This document shows positions 1 to 15,345 of a DNA stretch of 64,000 nucleotides, piece by piece (within the stretch, counting starts at the first letter, position 1; each line of letters opens with the position of its first letter). The notes beneath the pieces are model-generated. The model saw nothing but the letters and a program-made list of their open reading frames with translations, was not told the origin of the DNA and ran no database searches. The stretch lies in assembly GCF_009914755.1 (NCBI RefSeq), contig NC_060931.1; one strand, written 5' to 3'. Position numbers and translations under genes: made by a program. The DNA comes from the human T2T-CHM13v2.0 reference genome, Homo sapiens.

Positions 1-1837
1 CCTTTTTTCCTCATTGTTCTCCACGTTCCCAAGTTCAGGAACAGAAGGAAGATGAAGTCAAAAGCGCTGGGTCCACAGAAGTAATTTCCTCATCAGAACC
101 TAGCTCTTCGTATTTTTTTCTGTGTCTTCTCTCAGGCAAGTTTTTCATTTAAAATCATAGGTGTCTTCCAGTTCATCCCTCAGACCTCACCAAAGGGTCA
201 TCCCTGGCTCTCCTCTTCACATCAAACCTCCCAGAGTTCCTCCGGGCTGCAGAGCCCTTGTCACAGTGGCCACCAGAGTGGGCACTGTCAGGCTGCTTTC
301 CTCCCGCAGGCCAGACCCCCGGCAGAGAGGAGCCGCCTCCTTGCTTGTCCTATCCTGGTGCCTCGCCACAGCCTGGATCCTGCTTCATCACATGTGTGTG
401 CTGGAAGCGTGTGAAGAGATGACATCCCCCACTTGGTCACTGGCCATCCAGGAAATATTTCTGGGTGCCTATCATGACAGAGGCAGGCACATGGGCTGTC
501 CCCAGTCCCATCCTGTTGCCAACAGCCCTTGAGTCCCCTTCTGATTTGTGATCTCCAATCTGTGGGGAATGAGATAAATAAAGCTGTTAGAATCAATCAT
601 ACAATGAAAATCTGGGTCAAGATCCAGGGAGGACTCCTCCAAGTAGAGTGGATGAGTTTCAGTGGCAGGATTTGTTTTAACACCAATACGAGCTGTTACA
701 GGATTAGGGATTCTTTTTCCCAGGAATGGGGTTGGAAGTGTGCTGAACCGTCCACACCCTCCCGCCCCACTGCACTGGTGCCCGGCATCTGCTTGTGGGT
801 GGCCAGTGTGACACCCACAGGCCCAGGAGGAAGCACCCCACGGGCAGCACCAGTACAGAGTCCTTGAATCCCTCAGAGCCTTCGCCCATTCCCACCTGCC
901 AGCCTGCCCTTCCCGGGTACACACTGATTCCTCAGAAATTCCATCTTTTCAAGGAGGAAGGCTGCTTGCTTCGGTATGTGATATCTGTCCCTGCCCTTCA
1001 AATTAGGTCTCATTTGCCATCAACTGCTTTCAAACCCATCCCTATTTTCTTTAGTGCCCAGGGGCCTGCTGACCCAGGCTAATGTGGACATTTGGCCTCC
1101 CCTTTTCTCCTCATTCCGCATCAATCACGTTAGTTGCAAACACCCAGCTAGGGCAGGGTGCATGTGAGCAGATGACTGCGAGAGAAAGATCCCAGGGTCA
1201 GGAGGGTAGCAGTGTCCACGGACCTGCACCAACCTTGCTCCTAAAAAGCCACTTCCTACCGCCTGTTCCCTGTCCTTGCCAGCCCAGGAGTGGTGTGCGA
1301 GCCTGCGTGTAATCAATCCCCCTCCACAAGCCCGGCTTGCTGGGCCGGCTCTGGGGCTTCCTGCCTTTGCCTCATCACACACTGCTCTTCATGTCTTCCT
1401 CAAACATCCAGCCAGCTGTAGGAGCTGCCTGAAGAAAGGTCAGCATGCCAGCAAATTATGTGGAAGACCGTTTCAGAGTTTAACGCATCCACCAGGAGGG
1501 AGAGTTTGCACCGTATTAATCATGCCAGGACTGGAAATAAATCGTGAGTCCTTTTATTAGGCTGGGCACATGGAAAAGCCCTTTCCTAAGGTTTCTCCTG
1601 AATGAAATTGTTGCATTTCCTAAGCTCCACATACAGGTATTTGCAATTATTTGATTGTTCATTTTGAAACTGTGGGGGAAATGTTCTTGAACACTTACTG
1701 TGTGCCAGGAATCATGCTGTGCTCTGGGAGCCCAGCAGTGTGCAAAGCAGGTTCCTGCCCAAATAGGAGCTGTCAGAAATCTACCTGTTCACTGGAGATC
1801 CTGGTTACACTTCTGGAGACTTAAAATGCTTTGGGGA

Positions 1838-3017
1838 ATCAACTCAAGATGGATCAAAGACTTAAACGTAAGACCTAGGACCATTAAAATCCTAGAAGAA
1901 AACCTGGGCAATACCATTCAGGACATAGGCATGGACAAAGACTCCATGTCTAAAACACCAAAAGCAATGGAAACAAAAGCCAAAATTGACAAATGAATCT
2001 AATTAAACTAAAGAGCTTCTGCACAGCAAAAGAAACTATCATCAGGGTGAACAGGCAACCTATAGAATGGGAGAAAATTTCTGCAATCTACCCATCTGAC
2101 AAAGGGCTAACATCCAGAATCTACAAAAAACTTAAACAAATTTACAAGAAAAAAACAAACTACCCCATCAAAAAATGGGCAAAGGATATGAACAGACACT
2201 TCTCAAAAGAAGACATTTATGCAGCCAACAGACACATGAAAAAATGCTCATCATCACTGGTCATCAGAGAAATGCAAGTCAAAACCACAATGAGATACCA
2301 TCTCACGCCAGTTAGAATGGTGATCATTAAAAAGTCAGGAAACAACAGATGCTGGAGAGGATGTGGAGAAATAGGAACGCTTTCACACTGTTGGTGGGAG
2401 TGTAAATTAGTTTAACCATTGTGGAAGACAGTGTGGCGATTCCTCAAGGGCCTAGAACCAGAAATACCATTTGACCCGGCAATCCCATTACTGGGCATAT
2501 ACCCAAAGGATTATAAATCATTCTACTATAAAGACACATGCACATGTATGTTTATTGTGGCACTGTTCACAATAGCAAAGACTTGGAACCAATCCAAATG
2601 TCCATCAATGATAGACTGGATTAAGAAAATGTGGCACATATACACCATGGAATACTATACAACCATAAAAAAGGATGAGTTCATGTCCTTTGCAGGGACA
2701 TGGATGAAGCTGGAAACCATCATTCTCAGCAAATTATCACAAGATCAGAAAACCAAACACTGCATGTTCTCACTCATAATTGGGAGTTGAACAATGAGAA
2801 CACATGGACACAGGGAGGGGAACATCACACACTGGGGCCTGTTGGGGGCCAGGGAGCTGGGGGAGTGATAACATTAGGAGAAATACCCAATGTAGGTGAC
2901 GGGTTGATGGATGCAGCAAACCACCATGGCATGTGTATACCTATGTAACAAACCTGCACGTTCTGCACATGTAACACAGAACTTAAAGTATAATAAAAAG
3001 TAATAATAATGAAAAAT
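1838..3017 (+). mobile_element. 5'-truncated LINE-1 (L1PA7/L1PA8-like): 3' part of ORF2, 3' UTR and A-rich tail
   Basis: ORF track gives L1 ORF2p C-terminal peptides ([41 protein letters not shown]) broken by stops at 1994-1996 and 2413-2415; ORF2 ends at 2790. 15-bp TSD with one mismatch: AAAATGCTTTGGGGA 1823-1837 and AAAATGCTTTAGGGA 3018-3032, with a TT/AAAA endonuclease site at 1821-1826. Confidence 0.95.
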
Positions 3018-3402
3018 AAAATGCTTTAGGGACACTGTTTCATCTTAGTAACCCCAGGTTTTCTCCATACTAGATATTCAAAAGAAATTTATGAATGAAG
3101 AAATGAAAGAATAAAAACAAAAGGAAGAGAGGGGGAGAGGGAGGTTGGCTGTTAAACGTTCAGGTGCTGAGCATTATTAAACCAATTTTTAAGTTAAAAT
3201 AGCCTATAACCACCCACCAAATTCAGGTGCTAGCCTACCTAGCACCTGAATTTAGTGTCCCCTTGGCTCTCTGGGCAGTAGGAAGAAAGTGGAGCTGGGA
3301 GAAGCGTCCCGTCAGTGTCAGCGTGCCTCCTGTGTTGAATCCACAGGCTGGGAGTTTGTCCATCCTGGGTCATATTGCTCTGGGATCTCACGTTCTTCAC
3401 TC

Positions 3403-3840
3403 TGTGTTATGGGTTAAATTGTGTCCTCCCCCACAAGAAGATATGTCCAAGTCCTAACCTCCAATGTCAAAGAATGTGATGCTATTTGGAGATAGGATCT
3501 TTGCAAAATTAAGCAATTTAAGATGAAGAAATTAGGGTCCTTATAAAAGGGGAAAACTTGGACAGGCACGCACAGAGGCAGACGACATGAAGAGACACAG
3601 AAGGAATACCACATGAAGACAGAGGATCGAGAGGTGCAGCTGCAAGTCTGGGAATGCCTGCCGTTGCCACAGATGGGGAGAGGCTGGGACACACTCTTCC
3701 CTGCGCCTTTGAAGGAAGCAAGCACAGCCCATACCTCCAGCTCAGACCTCTGGTTCCCAGAGCTGTGTGACAACAAATGTCTGGTGTTTAAGCCAGGTGG
3801 TCTGCGGTACTTTCTTGGGGCAGCCCCAGGGGACTAAGAA
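3403..3840 (+). mobile_element. MaLR solo LTR, MLT1 family (MLT1B/C-like)
   Basis: Starts TGTGTTATGGGTTAAATTGTGTCC, contains GTCCTAACC...GAATGTGA...TATTTGGAGATAGG and GTCCTTATAAAAGGGG, ends GCAGCCCCAGGGGACTAAGA, matching the recalled MLT1 layout. Confidence 0.8.
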
Positions 3841-5424
3841 TGCACCACGACCTCAGTCCCAGCTTGAAGACCATGCATCCTGAGGAGGCATCAAGCCCGC
3901 TTGGGTGTCCAGCTTCAAACAGGAAGGAAGAAAGGGCAGCTGCAACGCCCCTGCTTCCCAAGGAGTGTGGACACAATTATAGGTTCTGAGATAATTGTCT
4001 GGAGGAGCCTCAAAAGAGGCGGCTCTGCACCCAGAACTTCCCTCAACAACTGTGCGGGCAACGAGGGAGGTGGGGAGAGACGCCCCATCCATGGCATGAA
4101 TGCGCAGCTGCAGTGGGTGTAGGTGAAGCCTGCTGAGGCCTGAGCAAGGGCAGGGGGCAGAGCATGGGAGGCAGAGGCTCCTGATGGCCTCAGGGTACGC
4201 TCGTCATCAGGGTGTTCTATGTAAGGCAGGAGAAAGACGCAAAGGATTTCAGAAATAGTTCCATTAAAAATGGTTAAAATCTAAAAGTCTACTACTTGAA
4301 GCAAAAGATTCTGTTATTTGGAAAATGTCCTCATGTGGAAGCACTTATTTCCACCCAGGGTGAGGACACCAGGACACGGAGAACCAGGGCCATGGAAGAC
4401 AGTTGCTGAAGGGCTCTCCTTAGCAAGCAGGGGAAAGTTTGCTAGTCCTGTGTAAACATACTTGGCTCAGATGAAAATCAGCACTAAACAGCAGAATTTC
4501 AACACCCAGTGTCAAATTCCCCTGCTGAGCAGATCAGTCCACCTCCTTTCAGCAGCCAGCCCCTACGCAACCGACTCAAGGAAACAAACAAAATAGAAAG
4601 AACCGAAAGCAGAGGCACGTGGGCCTTGGGGGCACCACACTCAGACTCAAGCAAGGTTGGCAGCCGGCCCTCCCCTGTGGGCCATGGCCCAGCAGCTTTC
4701 CTTCCCAGGGGGCCCAAAGGGCACTCCCACTGTGGACTCTGTGGCTGGAATGCCCCCTGTTATTTGGAACGCAGTCACATCAGAGACCAGAGTGTCTTCG
4801 GACTTGCCCACATCCACTCCTTCCCCACCTCCACTTCACAGCCCAGAAGCTCCAGTGCCCTTGCCCTGCCTGCCTCCAGCCACTGTGCCTTGCACTCCCC
4901 ATTGTCTTCCATCCCCTGCACTAGGGCACCCAGTTGTGATCTTTTAATGAGGGAGACCTAACCCTGTTGTGCTCTCACTGTGAGCCCCGTGTGTCCAGTT
5001 CACATAATTAGACCCTGCAGTGCACTGGTCCTGGTGCCTGTCCCTGCAGGTGGGTGCCCTTCTGCAGTGGAGCCTTACCTGTCTCCCTAGACCTTCCTGA
5101 TAACTGAAGTCCTGTGGCTACTGGAAGGCAGGTACATCGAACTGCCCTCCAGGGTTCTGAGGGTGTCTCCCCAGAGCTTTGGGGTGCTATGACTAGACCC
5201 TTGGCACAGGCCCATGAGGCCTGCTCCCTCTGCCTGAAGGTATCCTAGTCCCAGAGTGCTCTGCTTTATTTACCTGGCTAACTCCTTCCCTCTCTCAGCT
5301 GAGGAGGCCTCCTCAGTGCCTCTGCAAGCCTCAGGTCAAGTCCTACAGTGGAGACAAGGAAAGAGAGAGCTGGGACATCCTTCCTGAGACCAGGCTCAAG
5401 TCCAGGGCTCCATCCCTTCATAGC

Positions 5425-5554
5425 CACATGAGCTTGGGCTCATGACCTCTCAGTATCCCATTTTTGTTTTCTGTAAGATGGGAATAATAATAGTACCTTC
5501 CTCATGGGGCTGTGATTACCTGACAAGAGTGTAAGCTCAATAAATGTTAGCTAT
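5425..5554 (+). mobile_element. MIR SINE, 3' half
   Basis: TCTGTAAGATGGGAATAATAATAGTACCTTCCTCATGGGGCTGTG...GCTCAATAAATGTTAGCTAT matches the MIR core and terminus. Confidence 0.75.
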
Positions 5555-6812
5555 GACCATTGTCATCACTATCATCATCACCATCACTATCATCACCATC
5601 ATTATCACCATCATTGTCACCATCATCATCACCATCACCTTCACTATCATCACCATCACTATCATCATCATCACCATCACTATCACCATCATCACCATCA
5701 TAATCATCACCATCATCATCACCATCATCATCACCATTATCATCATCATCACCACCACCTTCACTATCGTCATCATCATCATAATCATCATGATCATCAC
5801 CATTGCTATCATCATCATCATCACCATCACCTTCACTATCATCACCATTCACCATCGCTATCATTATCATTACCATCATCACCATCATCACCATCATCAT
5901 CATCACCATCACTGTCATCACCATCCTCATCATCACTATCACCACCACCATCATCATCAAATCATCACCATCATGATCATCACCACCATCATCATTGTCA
6001 CCACCACCATCACTATCATCACCATCATCACCATTATAATCATCATCACCACCACCATCACTATCATCAACATCATCACCATTATAATCATCATCATCAT
6101 CACCATCACTATCATCACAATCATCACCATTATAATCATCATCATCACCATCACCATCACTATCATCACGATCATCACCATTATAATCATCATCATCACC
6201 ACCACCATCACTATCATCACCATCATCACCATTATAATCATCATCATCACCACCACCATCACTATCATCACCATCATCACCATTATAATCATCATCACCA
6301 CCACCATCACTATCATCACCATCATCACCATTATAATCATCATCACCACCACCATCACTATCATCACGATCATCACCATTATAATCATCATCACCACCAT
6401 CACCATCACTATCATCACCATCTCATCATCACTATCACCATCACATCATCATCATCATCATTATCATCACCGTCATCACCATCATGATCATCACCACCAT
6501 CATAACTATCAGCACCGCCATCATCATCACCATCACTTTCATCATCACCATCATCATCAATGCCATCACTGTCATCATCAACATCACTATCATCATCATC
6601 ACCACCACTATCATCATAACCATCACTATTACCATCATAATCATTGTCATCACTATCACTATCACCACCATTATCATTATTATCACCATCATCGTCATCA
6701 TCACCATCACCATCACTATCACCATCATCAATCATAATCACATCATCATATCATCATAATCACCACCATCATAATCATCACTATCAGGATTTCCACCATC
6801 ATCATCATCATC
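5555..6812. repeat. Complex (CAT/CAC)n trinucleotide array, about 1.25 kb, with a 48/51-bp higher-order unit
   Basis: Near-continuous CAT/CAC/TAT triplets; the marker ATTATAAT recurs at 6033, 6081, 6129, 6180, 6231, 6282, 6330 and 6378. Confidence 0.97.
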
Positions 6813-7319
6813 TCTTTATTCTTATTATTCGCTCTGCCCTGCTTTGCTTCGTGTCTATGTCAATCCACAGAAAGGCACATCAGGAGAATTTTACAGCTCA
6901 CATTTACAGAACCCTAATTCCGATTTCTAGAATTATAACCCTGAAGCCTAAGGGCTCAGGGTGCTAGAAGTGAAAAATAACAATTCTTCTTAAGATGGAA
7001 AAATGTACTGAGCTTCAGCACTCCCAGGCATGCATTTGTCTTTAGTTAGGTAGCCAGGTATCATCTAACTCTTTACCTATTTAAACTGTTCAAATAGTTA
7101 AACTTATGTTTATAGTTTTTAAAACTGCAATAGTAATATACTTTTCTTCTGGAAACGTCAAATAATATCAAAATGGATAAAGTGAAAACTGGAATTCTCT
7201 TCTCCCACTTGCCGGGGTAAATACTATTTACAATGTGGTGTGTATTCTTCCAGGTCTTCATCAATACACACACAAAAAAAATCAGAATAATGGATGCACT
7301 ATAATGATAAAAATAATTT

Positions 7320-9565
<2,246 letters not shown>

Positions 9566-9619
9566 TTGAAAATGATGATTTTTACTCAACAATATATCAT
9601 CATGAGTCAAACATACAGA

Positions 9620-10210
9620 TTCATCCATCCATGTATTCAGTGAGAGTTCAATAAGTGCCTACTACATTCCAGGAACTGTTCTAGGCACTTGGGATATACT
9701 GGTGAGTTGAGATGGGGTCTCACTCTATGGTTCAGGCTGGAGTGCAGTGGTGTAATCACAGTTCACTGCAGCCTTGACTTCCCTGGACTCTGGTGATACT
9801 CCCACATCAGCCTCCCAAGTAGCTGGGACCACAGGCACACACCACCATGCTTGGCTAATTTTTGGATATTTTTTGTGGAGACAAGGTTTTGTCATGTTGC
9901 CAAGGCTGGTCTTTAACTCCTGGGCTCAAGCGATCCACCTGCCTTGGCCTCCCAAAGTGCTGGGATTACAGGTGTGAGCCACTGCACCTAGCCTGTCCCT
10001 GCCTTGTTGAAGCTTCTTTTCTAGCAGGGGGAAACAGACAGTAAACACCAGGCTAATAAGTAAGTAAATGGTATAGTAAATTAGGACCTGATAGGTACTG
10101 TGGACATAAAAGAAAAAGTACAGCAGAGTGAGAAGAATTAGGAGGGCAGATGGGAAGGTGGGCTGTGATTTTAAGTAGGATGGTTGAACTAGAAATCTCC
10201 TTGAGAAAGT
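9620..10210 (-). mobile_element. LINE-2 3' fragment, split by an AluJ
   Basis: TTCATCCATCCATGTATTCA...AGTGCCTACTACATTCCAGGAACTGTTCTAGGCACTTGGGATA, resuming after the Alu as GTCCCTGCC...GAAGCTT...GGGGAAACAGACAGTAAAC. Confidence 0.65.
9708..9993 (-). mobile_element. Alu, AluJ
   Basis: TGAGATGGGGTCTCACTC...CACTGCAGCCTTGACTTCCCTGG...AACTCCTGGGCTCAAGCGATCC...GTGAGCCACTGCACCTAGCC, with J-type diagnostic positions. Confidence 0.88.
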
Positions 10211-10226
10211 GGCTAAGTCCATGTTA

Positions 10227-10590
<364 letters not shown>

Positions 10591-11428
10591 CTAACACTTC
10601 CTTGGAAGGTGCCATCCCAGAGCAGCATGGTGAGGACAGGGCATCAAGGCAGGGAAGCCAGGGAAGACCATGCAGGCTGAGACCGCTGCAGGCTGAGCAC
10701 TGCTTCATTACGAGCCACAGAGATACAGACCAGGCGCTCAGCCAGAGGGGCATCTCCACACAGTTCATATGGAAAAACCATGCCTGAGAACGGCCCATTG
10801 GAAGCAGGGCGAGAGAGATCTTTTTGGCTGCTCACTCCTACCTCCCATCAGATGCAGCTGGAGCTGCAGGAGTCATGAGTCATGTCGCCTGGTCTCTGAG
10901 CTGTGTTGCTTGGACACTTTGGCAACTCCTACAGGAAGCAGCTCCCATGTCCTCCAACTGGGGAGTGTCCAGAAAGGGCGAGAGGAACCTGAGGCTCCGG
11001 GCATGCAGTCAGGAAGGTCTCCATGGTGAGCAAATGGCCAATGTTTCTAGGGACAGAAAGGCTGAGAGACTCAGAAGAGGCATGGTTTGTCGGATGCAAA
11101 CTACCTATGTCATTCTTTGTGTGACAATCTCTTTCCTCTTATTAGCAGCATGCAATTTTATGGAATGGATTTTAAACTATTTAAACATCTCCTTCTGAGA
11201 GCATTTAAGTTGATTCCAGTTGTTCACTCTAATCAGCATTGCCAAGGCATAGATACTTGTCCATAGATCCTTGTGGAACTTGCCTCATTATCTCTACTGC
11301 TAGAGCTCTAGAAGGGAAATTTCTGAACTTACATCATTTGCATGACTCAGTTTTAACAGATGCTGTGAAATTTCCCTTCAAATATTTTGTTCCTATTTAC
11401 TTCCCCATTACACAGCCTTGAACCCTTG

Positions 11429-11785
11429 TGATATGGCTGGGCTCTGTGTCCCCACCCAAATCTTATCTTGAATTGTAATCAAGGGAGGGAAGTGGGGTTG
11501 GACTATGGGGGCACTTTCCTTCATGCTGTTTTTGTGGTAGTGAGTGAATTCTCAAGAGATTTGATGGTTTTACAAATGGTAGTTTTTCCTGCTGTCTCTC
11601 TCTCTCTTTCTCTCTCTGTCTTGCCTGCCGCCATGTAAGAAGTGCCTGCTTCCACTTTCACCGTGATTGTAAGTTCCTGAGGCTTCCCCAGCCATGTGGA
11701 ACTGTGAGTCAATTAAATCTCATTCCTTTATGAATTACTCAGTCTTGGAAACTTCTTTATAGCAATGTGAAAATGAACTAATAAA
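11429..11785 (+). mobile_element. THE1-family MaLR solo LTR (THE1C/D-like)
   Basis: TGATATGGCTGGGCTCTGTGTCCCCACCCAAATCTTATCTTGAATTGTAATC...CCCAGCCATGTGGAACTGTGAGTCAATTAAA...CTAATA; 5-bp TSD CCTTG at 11424-11428 and 11786-11790. Confidence 0.92.
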
Positions 11786-11937
11786 CCTTGCCAATACTGA
11801 GCAGCTTTTAACTTTTTGCCAGTCTACAGGTAAAAATGTTTTCTGATTTTTATCTTGCATTTCTCTGATCACTAGTCATTTGTTTATTAGCCATTTGTCT
11901 TTTTCTGATTAATTTTCTGATCTATTTTTCATTTTTT

Positions 11938-12070
11938 TAATTTAAAAATACTTTATTGCTAAAAAAGGCTAGCAATCACCTGAGATGTCAGCGAGTAGTA
12001 ATTCCTTTGCTCATGAAGGATCTTGTCTCTATGTTGATGGCTGCTGATTGATGAGGGTGCTGCTTGCTGA
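11938..12070. mobile_element. Tigger (TcMar) DNA transposon fragment
   Basis: TTTAAAAATACTTTATTGCTAAAAAAGGCT...CAGCGAGTAGTAAT...ATGTTGATGGCTGCTGATTGATGAGGGTG resembles recalled Tigger1/2 internal sequence. Confidence 0.7.
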
Positions 12071-12169
12071 TCTATTTTTCTACATGGTTGTTTATTCTTA
12101 ATTGCTGCTATTTCTAACTTCCAGGGCCTATTTGTATGTTAGGAACATAAACCCTTTGTCTTTTATGTA

Positions 12170-12298
12170 CAGGGCGACCATATGCCCTGTGTGCTTGGGA
12201 CGGTCCCAGCTTGTGCCTTCTGTCTTGGTGTAATGATTAGCTGCTCCCCCTTCACTCTCAAGCATCTGGGTTGGAGTGATAAACAATACCTAACACTG
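12170..12298. mobile_element. MER94-like hAT-Blackjack MITE
   Basis: CAGGGCGACCATATGCCC...GGGACGGTCCC...CCCCCTTCACTCTCAA...GATAAA resembles the recalled MER94 consensus. Confidence 0.6.
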
Positions 12299-13084
12299 CA
12301 GCCTCGCTGTGTCTGCCTCTCTCTTCCTCCACGGCACCTGGGTTTCTTTTATTTACAAAGGCCAAGTATGATGAAGATAACACAGAATCAACTGCCCCAG
12401 AGTTGCACGAAGCTGTCTGTCTCTGCAGATAAACACTTCAATTCCCCTTTAGAGCAGACAGTTCTTAGTTTAAAAACAAAATCACCAGGATAGATCTTTC
12501 AGCTGTATAAACACAATGCATTATTGCATTACTTAGTAGAGATAATCAGCACGCACATGTTTGCTGAATGGATGAGCAAATGAATGAGGAACCAAAAATA
12601 AGGATGTTTCTGTTGGATTACATTCTTAGTTGAAGGTAAATGGTGGAAACATAAAGAAAAGTTGGATCTGAACCAAGAACTTGGAATTAAGCAGAACAAA
12701 GTACCACCTAATCTCCCCTCCTGGTGCTTCTACCCCTCGTCCAGTGATTCTGAAGACCCGTATGTTAAGGCGCACCTGGTAACCTCAGCTGCGTACTCTG
12801 TTGTGTAACCAAGAATGTCAGAAGAAGCTGAGAAGAGTCCCGTCAGCAGATGGAAACGGCTCTAAGTGGACGGCCAGGGCATCTGCGCCGCTGCTGGGTA
12901 CCCTAAGCAATACCGGTGTTTGTTCTGGAAGCTAAAGGCTAAGCGTGCTGCAGGTGCTGGTGATGAAAGTCTTATCTAAGCCATGGGTCATTCCAGTGAC
13001 TTCTAAGGCGGCTACTGTGGAGGCCAGAACTGCCAAGGCGTCCTGCGTAACACTGAACATGGCAACAGTAATCCCAAGCACGGC

Positions 13085-13290
13085 TTCATTCACTGGGGGC
13101 TCGATGCGTGTCAGGCACTGTTCTAACCCTTTGTCTGTATTATCTCATTCAATCCTTATCACAACCTATGAAGTAGGATTACTCCCATTTTAAGATGAGA
13201 AAACAGGGCACAGAGAGGTTGAGTAACTTGCCCAAGGTCACACAGTCAGCAAATGGCAGAGCTGGGGTCAAAATTCAGCCAGTCTGAGTC
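13085..13290 (-). mobile_element. MIR SINE
   Basis: CAGGCACTGTTCTAA...ATCTCATTCAATCCTTATCACAACCTATGAAGTAGG...CCCATTTTAAGATGAGAAAAC...GTAACTTGCCCAAGGTCACACAG. Confidence 0.85.
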
Positions 13291-13774
13291 TTGAACACTG
13301 GTCAGATTAAAGAATAGTTACTTGCCTCTACACATTTTTAACATAGATAACCTTTGAGCAACCCTATGGAACAAACTGAGCAGAGATCAAAGGAGTGCCT
13401 GGATTAAAAGCTACAGAGGATGGACTCATATTCCAATTTGGTGGAAAGGCCACCAGGGGCTGTATTTTCTGTAATATTAAATTTAAAAATGGCCTTCCAG
13501 AATCTAGACCATCCCAAGTAAAGGAATCCCTGAGCCCCAGAACTAGGCTGAATGTCTGGTTGACTTCCCACTGCTTCTATTAATGGAAAAAAGACATGTG
13601 AAAAGCTGGAACAGACATCTATCTATCACCTAGGCTGGAGTTCAGCCCTCTGGCCACAGAGCCCAGGTAATTTTCCAGCTACCTGACTACTGTGGATGAA
13701 TTAAAATTAACTCCATAACTCTGACTCACTCAGACTTCTACCCAGAAGTGCTTTTTGGTCAAAGGTGCATCATC

Positions 13775-14078
13775 TGCTGGGCATGGTGGCTCACGCCTGT
13801 AATCCCAGTGTTTGGGAGGTAGAGGCAGGCAGATTACTTGAGCTCAGGAGTTCGAGACCAGCCTGGCCGATATGGTGAAACCCCGTCTCTCCCCAAAATA
13901 CAAAAAGTTAGCCAGGTGTGGTGGTGCTCGCCTATGGTTCCAGCTACTTAGGAGGCTGAGGTGGGAGGATCACATGAGCCCAGGAGGTGGAGGTTGCAGT
14001 GAGCCGTGTTCATGCCACTGCACTCTAGCCTGGGTTACAGAGTGAGAGCCTGTCTCAAAAACAAACAAACAAAAAAGA
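13775..14078 (+). mobile_element. Alu, AluJb-like
   Basis: Full dimer with (AAAC)n tail; imperfect TSD CAAAGGTGCATCATC before and CAAAGATGCATCATC after. Confidence 0.9.
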
Positions 14079-14360
14079 ACAAAGATGCATCATCACAAGT
14101 TTTGTCCCTGCTTTGAAAACCCTGAAGGTCACGTTACCAGGATCTGAGATGGGGAACGAAGTGGTGGCTGGAGCTTTACAGACACAATCCCAGATCACAA
14201 CGGAGCCCTCTCTCCACCAGGCCCCGGCACTGGCTCCAAGTACTCTGGGGAGCCATGGAGCTTGGCCAGGCTCAGGCCCATAGACCATTAGACCCAGAGC
14301 AATTAGGAAACAAATTCAAGACTGTGCTCTGTTGAGGGTGGTTTTTCAAGCTATTTCTCT

Positions 14361-14690
14361 TGTCTTAGCCTGTTCCTGCTGCTGTAACAAAACACCACCA
14401 CCTGGGTAAGTTGTAATAATAGAAACCTCCTTCTCACAGGTTGAGTGTCTGGAGAGGGCCCAATCTCTGCTTCCAGGACGGTGGCTGGGACGCTGTGTCC
14501 TCACGTGGTGAAAGCAAAAGAGCGAAGGGGTAAACCCTGCGTGAAGCTTCCTTTACAAAACACGAATCCCACCCACCAGGGCAGAGCCCTCCTGACTTAA
14601 TCACCCCTAAAGGCCTCACCTCCTAGTATCATCACGGTGGCAATTAAGTTTCAGCACGTGAAATCTGCAGGGCACATTCCGACCCCAGCA
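14361..14690 (-). mobile_element. MST-family MaLR solo LTR
   Basis: TGTCTTAGCCTGTT...GCTGCTGTAACAAAACACC...GCAGAGCCCTCCTGACTTAATCACCCCTAAAGGCCTCACCTCC...GCAATTAAGTTTCAGCA. Confidence 0.8.
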
Positions 14691-15131
14691 TAGATCTTAG
14701 CAGTTACTTGGATAAATCTGTCAAACAGGGGAAGCTGAGAAGCAGCCAGCCCGGGCTATTCCCTGATGAATTTGCGCCCTGCTCTGGTCTGTGCCCACCC
14801 ACTCTCGCTCCATGGTCAGTGGTGGCTGCAGAAACACACATGAGGAGAGGGCCAAGCAGACTCGACCCTCAGTCACTTAAACCCTGCCCAGCCCCACAAA
14901 ACACTCCCCAAGAGAAACCTCCTTCTTTTTTTCTTATGCTTACAGTGGGGGGCCATTAAACATCTGGAGACGTGGCAGGGAGGCGAGAAGAGACCCCGCC
15001 AGAAGCTGTGCCTTCCTAGGGGGCAACCATATGGGGCCCCTGCCCCCTGCTCACCCAAGAAGCAGAGGCCCCATGTGCAGGGCCCTGGGTCCTTTCAGAA
15101 GGGGTTCTGTACATTCTCTCATGGCCGGGGT

Positions 15132-15345
15132 CCCCAAGAAAGCAGATACACCCAAGACAGCAGGGAACCCCCAGACAGCAGGGGCACCTAAGACAGCAGG
15201 CGCCACCAAGACTGCAGGGGCCCCCAAGACAGCAGGCACCCTCAAGACCTCAGGGAGCCCCAAGACAGCAGGCACCAAGACAGCAGGGGCCCCCAAGACA
15301 GCAGGCACCCGCAAGACAGCAGGGAACCCCAGGAAAGCAGGCACA
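15132..15345. repeat. 18-bp minisatellite, about 11-12 diverged copies of CCCAAGACAGCAGGGGCC
   Basis: Visible directly; translates as repeated PKTAG(A/T/N) in the ORF track. Confidence 0.9.

Noticed and set aside
1700-2790. Reverse-transcriptase-related ORFs as a functional gene
   Set aside because: They are a 5'-truncated L1 ORF2 remnant with two premature stops.
5537-6967. Poly-His, poly-Ile/Thr and poly-Met/Asp ORFs
   Set aside because: These are translations of the CAT/CAC microsatellite.
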